The position numbers and the translations under genes were made by a program. A stretch of DNA of 64,000 nucleotides from Parcubacteria group bacterium GW2011_GWA2_51_10 (GTDB lineage Bacteria > Patescibacteriota > Minisyncoccia > Phycocordibacterales > UBA2100), in NCBI GenBank assembly GCA_001004265.1, contig LCQS01000017.1, positions 2,530 through 66,529 on the forward strand. Direction: 5' to 3'. The notes below the pieces were generated by a model. It ran no database searches. It worked only from the letters and a program-made list of their open reading frames with translations, and was not told where the DNA came from. This document shows positions 57,968-64,000 of this stretch, in pieces; position 1 is the stretch's first letter, and each line of letters begins with the position of its first letter.

Positions 57968-58957
57968 ATGATTAAAAAAACTCTCTTGTTAATTCTCGCC
58001 TTTCTCATTGTTATCTTTATCTTTTTGTGGATATGGACAGGCGGCCTTTCGAAAACGTGGCAGGCGGCGCAAACTTTTCCCGGCCTCTTTAATTTTCTTC
58101 GCGGGGCAACCTCGACGATAACAGGCTTTCAACTTCCATGGCAGATGCAGTTCCCCACGGGCGCATCCATCAGTCCTGCGGGCGACGGGAACGCATCTGT
58201 CGAGCGGGATACGGAATCGTTCGAAGGTGACTACGAGAACCTGCGATCGGAGATAACAGAAGCGCAAAATTTTGGCACGCCTTCTCCCTTCCGCGGTCGC
58301 ATTCTCATCGTGGGCGCAGGCGCGACGCGCGAAAGCGATCCTGCGCGTGAATACATCGAGATCGCCGCGAGGGCAGATGTAACCGCACCAGTTGCTATTT
58401 CAGGCTGGTCTCTGCAGAGCGCCTACACGGGCGTGCGCGCATACATTCCGCGCGCAGTGCGCATCTTCGCCATGGGCGTCGTAAACCGCGATGAGCCGAT
58501 CCAACTTGATCCCGGCTCGCATGCAATAGTGAATTCCGGCGTATCCCCTGTCGGTGTTTCTCTGCGCGAGAATATATGCACCGGCTACTTGGAACAGTTC
58601 CAGGGCTTTGCGCCGCCGCTTCCAAATTCCTGCCCTATTCCGGGGACGCTCCTATCGATGACCGCAGGAAATCTTCGCACGTATGGGGAATCGTGCTTTG
58701 ATTTTCTGGAGTCTGTCCCGCAATGTACATCTCCCCTTTCGAACATTCCGCCGGATCTCTCCCCAAATTGCCGCGCATTCGTACTCAACAACCTTTCGTA
58801 CAATGGCTGCGTTAACATGAATCAATCGCGTGCAGTCTTTCTCTCCGACACATGGCGCGTCTATCTCGGCGGGAGCGCAGAGCTCTGGAGCAATCGGCAC
58901 GATGTGATCCGACTATTGGATGCGGAAGGACGAACGGTCGATGCGATAACGTACTAG
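57968..58957 (+). CDS. membrane-anchored lamin-tail-like, Cys-containing protein
   Basis: N-terminal TM; EYIEI..ISGWSL; WSNRHDVIRLLD.EG..VD. Confidence 0.7.
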   Translation: MIKKTLLLILAFLIVIFIFLWIWTGGLSKTWQAAQTFPGLFNFLRGATSTITGFQLPWQMQFPTGASISPAGDGNASVERDTESFEGDYENLRSEITEAQNFGTPSPFRGRILIVGAGATRESDPAREYIEIAARADVTAPVAISGWSLQSAYTGVRAYIPRAVRIFAMGVVNRDEPIQLDPGSHAIVNSGVSPVGVSLRENICTGYLEQFQGFAPPLPNSCPIPGTLLSMTAGNLRTYGESCFDFLESVPQCTSPLSNIPPDLSPNCRAFVLNNLSYNGCVNMNQSRAVFLSDTWRVYLGGSAELWSNRHDVIRLLDAEGRTVDAITY

Positions 58958-58964
58958 GTAGCTT

Positions 58965-59432
58965 CTAGCTTCTAGGAAATGAGAAGAGGATGATGCCGGC
59001 GGCGACTGAAACATTCAGTGATTCCTTGTCGCCGCGCATTGGAATTTCAATGAGTTCAGCGCACTGCTCGCGCAATAACGGTGAGAGCCCTCGCACTTCA
59101 TTTCCAAAAACGAACAACGTGTTCTCGCGGACCTTGAATTTCCGATAATCAATCGAGCGCTCGTCCTGTTCCACCCCGACTATGTGCCAGCCTTCGCTTC
59201 GGAGTTTCTTGATAATCGGAGCAGGACGTTTTGAATATTCCCACGGCACAAAAGTCGTGGCGCCGAGCGCTGTCTTTGCGATTTCCTTTTGGGCGCGTCC
59301 AAATCTGTCGACGGGAAGAGGCGCGTAGCCTGAAAGATACAATTTGGAAACGCCGGCGGCATCGGCTGTCCGAAAAATCGAGCCGACATTGTGTGCACTC
59401 CGCACGTTATGCAATAAAACCGCAATCCTCAT
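58965..59432 (-). CDS. SpoU/TrmH family RNA methyltransferase
   Basis: NVRSAHNVGSIFRTADA, FGNEVRGL, IPMRG.KESLNVSVAAGI. Confidence 0.94.
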   Translation of the reverse strand: MRIAVLLHNVRSAHNVGSIFRTADAAGVSKLYLSGYAPLPVDRFGRAQKEIAKTALGATTFVPWEYSKRPAPIIKKLRSEGWHIVGVEQDERSIDYRKFKVRENTLFVFGNEVRGLSPLLREQCAELIEIPMRGDKESLNVSVAAGIILFSFPRS

Positions 59433-59466
59433 AGTAAGAGACTATAGCCGCTAGTCTCCGCAAGCA

Positions 59467-59760
59467 ATGGCATTGAACTTTTTGCTACAAGCTGTACGCT
59501 ACAAGCTACACGTTACAAGCTACGGAGAAACGGCAACGATCCGCATACTCGCCGCTGCGGAAGCGGCAATCGCGATGGCGCTTTTTTTGGGCTCATGGAC
59601 TCAAATTACTGCCATTGCCGCCGCAGTTGTCGTTGCACGCTGGCTCGTCTCTCCTGCGACACGCCCTTTGCCGCGAAGCACGTCCCTCCTTGCGCTCGTT
59701 ATGTGCCTTTCGCTTTTGGTAACGGGCGCCGGCGCCCTCGCCTTTGATTTGCCCCTATAA
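59467..59760 (+). CDS. small membrane protein (DoxX-like, possibly N-truncated)
   Basis: LG.WTQ..A, C-terminal LLVTGAGALAFDLPL; heptamer repeat in the N-terminal part. Confidence 0.55.
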   Translation: MALNFLLQAVRYKLHVTSYGETATIRILAAAEAAIAMALFLGSWTQITAIAAAVVVARWLVSPATRPLPRSTSLLALVMCLSLLVTGAGALAFDLPL

Positions 59761-59826
59761 ATAATCCCCTCCGGGCTGTGCGTAATTGTCCCTTGCCGGA
59801 CGCAGTGCTCCTGCCATAATGTCCCC

Positions 59827-60990
59827 ATGAAACTCGAAAAACTGTATCGACGCGGCCCTGATGCCCACGCTGAACAGGCTAAAAAAGCCCTTCTCGATCC
59901 GATAACAGATGAACCAATCGAACTCGGCGAGCATGACCGTAAGATGTCCGACATCCTGGATAACGGCTCCGAAGAAGATCGGTTTCTGCAGTATCTAGGT
60001 TCCTTCAAAAGCGCAGGGGCTGCCAAGCTCGCACATGCACTTATGGAACGCGCTACGTTATCGACAACTGACAAGGCACTTCTTGACGGCGTCCTCTTGA
60101 AGTACAACCCAGACCGAGCGCGGATCGAAAAGGTACAAGACGCAATTGATGACGACGAGATGTTCGAGGAAATATTGCGGCTCAGTCCGCGGATTAGACA
60201 AGTAACAAGACAAGCGGATAAAGAACAGATCGTTGAAATTTTCAAGGCAGAAATAGAGCGCCTTGGGCTAAAGAACCAACAGCCTTTTGCGAAACTCGTA
60301 AAGCAGTTGAAGACAGTGCACCAAACCCTTGAGAGACCAGACGTAGCCTCAATCAACGACAGCATCGCTGACGCGCTCGCAAAATCGGGAGTTGCTGCCG
60401 ACAAATACGACGAGATCCTGACGAGCGGAGTCACGGCATCTACGCGAGCAGAATTTACGAAAGCAGCAGCGGAGCAGATGACAACATGGGAGAGTATGAC
60501 CAATTTCTTTTTTAAGTATGCAGACAAACGCGGGTCCGCACTATATGGAACAGCCTTGGAGAAAGAGCGACTTACCGCAGAGTGTGATCGATATATAAAG
60601 ATGGTCGCGAATACGCTGGCAAGAACCATAACTCCAGAAATCCAGCAGAAAATCGATCGTTATGAAATATATGGCGAAGAGATAAAGTTGGATAACCGAA
60701 ATGTAAAAACACTTCGTGACATGAAAAACACGCAGACGCAGGTAAGTAGTCGTAGAGAACAGCAGGCTCGAGAAAGTCGCTACCGACAGTATCGTGCAGA
60801 GGAAGCCCGCAAAATTGGAAAGGCTGCGAATGCCTTAGATCCTGGGGAAATAGACACGATCAGGAACGGGTTTGCCGCACAAGAGTCAGAGGAGCTGAAC
60901 AAGCGACATCGCGGCAGCGGAATTCTCGCCGCGCTTCTCTCTCTTCTGTTCGAGCCCGCCGATATTAGAAAGACGATTGAACATATATGA
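59827..60990 (+). CDS. hypothetical alpha-helical protein
   Basis: 387 aa, charged helical composition; CATAAT just upstream. Confidence 0.75.
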   Translation: MKLEKLYRRGPDAHAEQAKKALLDPITDEPIELGEHDRKMSDILDNGSEEDRFLQYLGSFKSAGAAKLAHALMERATLSTTDKALLDGVLLKYNPDRARIEKVQDAIDDDEMFEEILRLSPRIRQVTRQADKEQIVEIFKAEIERLGLKNQQPFAKLVKQLKTVHQTLERPDVASINDSIADALAKSGVAADKYDEILTSGVTASTRAEFTKAAAEQMTTWESMTNFFFKYADKRGSALYGTALEKERLTAECDRYIKMVANTLARTITPEIQQKIDRYEIYGEEIKLDNRNVKTLRDMKNTQTQVSSRREQQARESRYRQYRAEEARKIGKAANALDPGEIDTIRNGFAAQESEELNKRHRGSGILAALLSLLFEPADIRKTIEHI

Positions 60991-61232
60991 TCCCAGAAAC
61001 ACTAAGAAAAGAGCTCGATCTTTTGATTGACGCAGGAGATTTGAATGCCGTTGAAGACTTTATGGTGGAACACTTTAAAGAGATGCCGAGAGAGATGCAG
61101 GGCAGACTGCTGACTAATTGGTTTTCTGAGTCAGTTGAGCGAGAGCAAAACAAGCGAAAGCTGCAAGAAGAAGGTCTCGTCGCATTGGAAAAACTTCTCA
61201 AGATAAAGGAAGAGCTTTCAAAATCTGAATAG
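60987..61232 (+). CDS. hypothetical protein
   Basis: 81 aa; ATGA overlap with upstream gene. Confidence 0.7.
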   Translation: MIPETLRKELDLLIDAGDLNAVEDFMVEHFKEMPREMQGRLLTNWFSESVEREQNKRKLQEEGLVALEKLLKIKEELSKSE

Positions 61233-61268
61233 AATTCGTACCTCTGTTTGGGTATAATCTAAAAGCAG

Positions 61269-61339
61269 CCCCCCATAGCTTAGTGGTAAAGCAGCTCCCT
61301 TTTAAGGAGTTGATCGAGGTCCGATTCCTCGTGGGGGGA
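61269..61339 (+). tRNA. tRNA-Lys(TTT)
   Basis: CCCCCCA/TGGGGGG acceptor; anticodon loop CTTTTAA; T-loop TCCGATT; TATAAT upstream. Confidence 0.88.
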
Positions 61340-61360
61340 CTTGAACATAGTTCAAGCCCC

Positions 61361-61449
61361 CGCGAGGATGGGAAAGGGTCGGGAAACGGGAGTTTCCCGC
61401 GGCGGGAGGCAGCTCGCTAAGCGAACGTTGGAAAACCGAGGGTTTCCAA
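61361..61449 (+). repeat. two-hairpin structured element, family 2 copy B
   Basis: gggtcgggaaac-ggga-gtttcccg ... ttggaaaacc-gag-ggtttccaa. Confidence 0.65.
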
Positions 61450-61515
61450 GGACTCTAGGAGGGACTAGCGATCCGCCTAATGGCGGACGAAATTTAAAAA
61501 TTGAAATATCACAAG

Positions 61516-62850
61516 TTAAATTCCGACAGTGACGCGGACGTAATCAGTTGCGGGAATGCCTTCGGGCGTGAGACACGAGAGAGAAAAAATTGTGTCGCCC
61601 GTAAGGGGCACTGTGGAGGCGCCTTTGAGATTCGTCGAGCCAGTCTGACTGAAACTGCCATCGGGACTCGTTACGGCGCACGTTGCGACATTTCGCCCGT
61701 ACCAGAATATTGACGTGCGTGAACCGATTGAGACAGATGCCGGCACTGCCCAGATGTCGATGGACGGCGGGAGAGATGGCGTTGTGGTCGCGGGCGTCGC
61801 AGTTTTGGGTGCAGGCGTCACAGATTTGGGTGTAGTGGCCGCTGGGCGCGCCGTCGCCTGCTGCACGGGCGCAGCAGAAGCCGCTATACCCACGCGAAAC
61901 CCTCGCGCGGAACAGAGCCCATCAAAAAGAGCGGGCGCAATCAAAGAAGTGAGAGTCGGCGTCATCCACGCGCGCACGATACACATGCGCTCGACAAGTG
62001 TTTGCGTGGAACCCGCACTGGTATTTGCCCCAAAAAATCCCGAAACCTCGACGTTGCGCGCGCCTTCGCGAACTCCCGCCTCAATCGTCGCGGCATTTCC
62101 AGAGATCCTGACGTCAGCTTTACTCCCTGCGGGAATTGTCACAACGGGAGGCACGACCGGGCCGGGCGTCGCTTGGCCCGCACTTTGATTCGCGTTCTGC
62201 AGAGTATTTAAAAGAAAATCGCTCACGTTTGGCGCGGGTGCCCGTGTTCCGCTTATGTTTGTCGGCGTACTCTGCGTCGGAGTGCGCAGCGAATTTAGAA
62301 GCTGATCTGCGGTGCTTAATCCAGTCGTACTCGAACTCGGCACGTAGACGGCACACGGATCGCTCGTCGGCGTTGATACGCGATAGTAGGAGCGACATCC
62401 GCTCTGCGAAATTTGCGTGCCCCCGCTACTTTGACTCCCTTGAAACGCAGCAGAGATGCCCCTATTTACGATTTGCCCGAGAGCGCCAGATATGACACCA
62501 CCCATGAGGCCCGTGACCCATGTCGCCTGACAAAGATTCGGACCTACGCAAATTCCTCCAGAAGGAAATCCCAAAACGGTCGCCATGCATGGCCGTCCTG
62601 CCGCCGCAGGATAAGGATTGCACTGCAGGTTGGCGGGTGATGATATTTGCGAACCGATGGCAGCACCGCCCGCGCCGCCCGAGGCCGAGCCGGCGGCACT
62701 AGGAACGAACAACCATTCGTTATTTGTCTGTTGAACCCACGTACCGCCAGGCCGCGGCAAGGGCTGAGCAGCCACAATACTCGGAATTAGCACTGCGGCC
62801 AATAACAATACGGCGACTTTCTTAATAAAAACGGATTGCATGCGTACCAA
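61516..62850 (-). CDS. secreted S/T/P-rich protein with Cys modules and C-terminal Ig-like domain
   Basis: signal peptide; low-complexity linkers; C-terminal IFW..NVATC..TIFSLSC. Confidence 0.75.
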   Translation of the reverse strand: MVRMQSVFIKKVAVLLLAAVLIPSIVAAQPLPRPGGTWVQQTNNEWLFVPSAAGSASGGAGGAAIGSQISSPANLQCNPYPAAAGRPCMATVLGFPSGGICVGPNLCQATWVTGLMGGVISGALGQIVNRGISAAFQGSQSSGGTQISQSGCRSYYRVSTPTSDPCAVYVPSSSTTGLSTADQLLNSLRTPTQSTPTNISGTRAPAPNVSDFLLNTLQNANQSAGQATPGPVVPPVVTIPAGSKADVRISGNAATIEAGVREGARNVEVSGFFGANTSAGSTQTLVERMCIVRAWMTPTLTSLIAPALFDGLCSARGFRVGIAASAAPVQQATARPAATTPKSVTPAPKTATPATTTPSLPPSIDIWAVPASVSIGSRTSIFWYGRNVATCAVTSPDGSFSQTGSTNLKGASTVPLTGDTIFSLSCLTPEGIPATDYVRVTVGI

Positions 62851-62865
62851 AATTATATCACTGGG

Positions 62866-63513
62866 TCACGCCACAGAAAGAGCGAATCTCAAAAGCGCAT
62901 AGTCGAGAGGAAAGTTCTGCCGCCTCGATTCGTGCGGAAGCTCGGCAAGCTCTGCGAGGAGCCGCTCGCCCCGCACTCTCTCGCGGCTGCCGACTGCGCT
63001 CGATAGAACCATTTGCTTTGCGCCCCAAAACAGGACGCCATGGAGCGCTTCGGGTTTGCCCCCGCGCGAGAGTTCCCGCTCAAGAGAAATCCACAGCGCT
63101 TTCTTATCGCCTTTCTTGAGAGCGTTCGCGAGTGCGAATACGGTTGTTTGCTCCTTTCGTTTTGCGGCATCGAATTTTTTGTATGAATGCGCATGTTTTT
63201 GAATCGTCTCTCGCGTTGCCGCATCCGTTCTTTCTTCAAACATAAAAAAATGCTCTCCTGATTGCGCGATGAACGGAAAGGCCGCAAGTAGTGGGGCGCG
63301 CATCTCCTCATTCTCGAGAACCCCATCGAAAATAACGACTCGCGCTTCGCCGAACATTCCTCTCCCGCGCAGAGCCGCCTCCAGATCGGTGAGACCGCTC
63401 GCATCCGTCACGCGCATTATCCGCGCTCCGGCTTTCCGCGACACGGCCTCCGCCGCCTCGTTCATTTCGTCGCGAGCTTTCAACCGATCAGTCCCTACGT
63501 ATACGAAAAGCAT
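62866..63513 (-). CDS. holA: DNA polymerase III delta subunit-like protein (short)
   Basis: YVGTDR, GMFGE.RVVI, VFALANAL..GDKKALW, PEALHGVL. Confidence 0.65.
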   Translation of the reverse strand: MLFVYVGTDRLKARDEMNEAAEAVSRKAGARIMRVTDASGLTDLEAALRGRGMFGEARVVIFDGVLENEEMRAPLLAAFPFIAQSGEHFFMFEERTDAATRETIQKHAHSYKKFDAAKRKEQTTVFALANALKKGDKKALWISLERELSRGGKPEALHGVLFWGAKQMVLSSAVGSRERVRGERLLAELAELPHESRRQNFPLDYALLRFALSVA

Positions 63514-63644
63514 ATTTTCTATTTTCCCACAACGCCGCGCTTGCGCCATCTGTGCGTTTGAGGGTGTCTCGCAGACCGGCGGGCCGAGAGTCAGCGCTGC
63601 GCCAGCAGCGCTAGAGCGGCGACCCGAAAACGTACAGAAGGTAC

Positions 63645-64000
63645 TTAGCGCGGCAACCGCTCCATTTTGCCCCAATCCTCGCCAATGGCGGCTTCTGCAA
63701 CGATGGGAACTCCACTCAACTCCTTTTTCGAGACGACCGTCTCCATGATATGGCGGAGCTCGTGCGCAAGGCCCTCGGCGCGGCTCTTTTCTATTTCGTA
63801 CACAAGTTCGTCGTGCACGGTGAGCACGAGTCGCGCGCTCTTCCGCAAGTTTTCTTTTTCGAAAAAAGTATCGGCGCGCACCATCGCGAGCTTGATGATA
63901 TCTGCCTGTGTTCCTTGGAGAGGCGCGTTAACCGCCATCCGCTCCGCCTGCGAACGCAGATTTGGAAGCGCCGACTTGAAGCCCGGAAAGTAACGCCTTC
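63645..64000 (-). CDS. polA: DNA polymerase I, C-terminal part (runs off window)
   Basis: AERMAVNAPLQGTQADIIKLAM, LTVHDELVYE. Confidence 0.95.
   Translation of the reverse strand, partial: RRYFPGFKSALPNLRSQAERMAVNAPLQGTQADIIKLAMVRADTFFEKENLRKSARLVLTVHDELVYEIEKSRAEGLAHELRHIMETVVSKKELSGVPIVAEAAIGEDWGKMERLPR

Noticed and set aside
1-64000. Prophage, integron, transposase, rRNA or alternative genetic code
   Set aside because: No hallmark genes were seen, and core genes read through under code 11 with TGA used as a stop.

Overview
This is a gene-dense chromosomal segment of a reduced bacterium, most consistent with Patescibacteria/CPR (Parcubacteria-like). That call is an inference from rplK with no rplA, rpsF-ssb-rpsR with no rplI, an alpha2-type GlyRS, a pilMNO-like cluster and typical peptidoglycan-binding surface proteins. 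The core content is translation (rplL, rplJ, rplK, rplS, rpsF, rpsR, rpsT, efp, metG, glyQS, ileS, argS, six tRNAs), DNA metabolism (ftsK, recA, recO, ruvA, ruvX, ssb, tatD, holA-like, partial polA), envelope (murE, GT2s, DedA, PAP2-like, a large S-layer-like gene cluster) and a partial threonine pathway. I found no CRISPR array, rRNA, integrase or transposase. The most notable features are: two families of dispersed structured elements whose copies show compensatory base changes; an HTH gene carrying a TGTCC motif array in its coding sequence and promoter; a ~490-nt structured leader with a boxA-like motif ahead of the S-layer-like gene; an IleRS with an inserted histidine-phosphatase domain and an HSGS signature; a uORF repeating the PduO N-terminus in synonymous codons; non-canonical tRNAs; and several genes broken by internal deletions, probably assembly errors.
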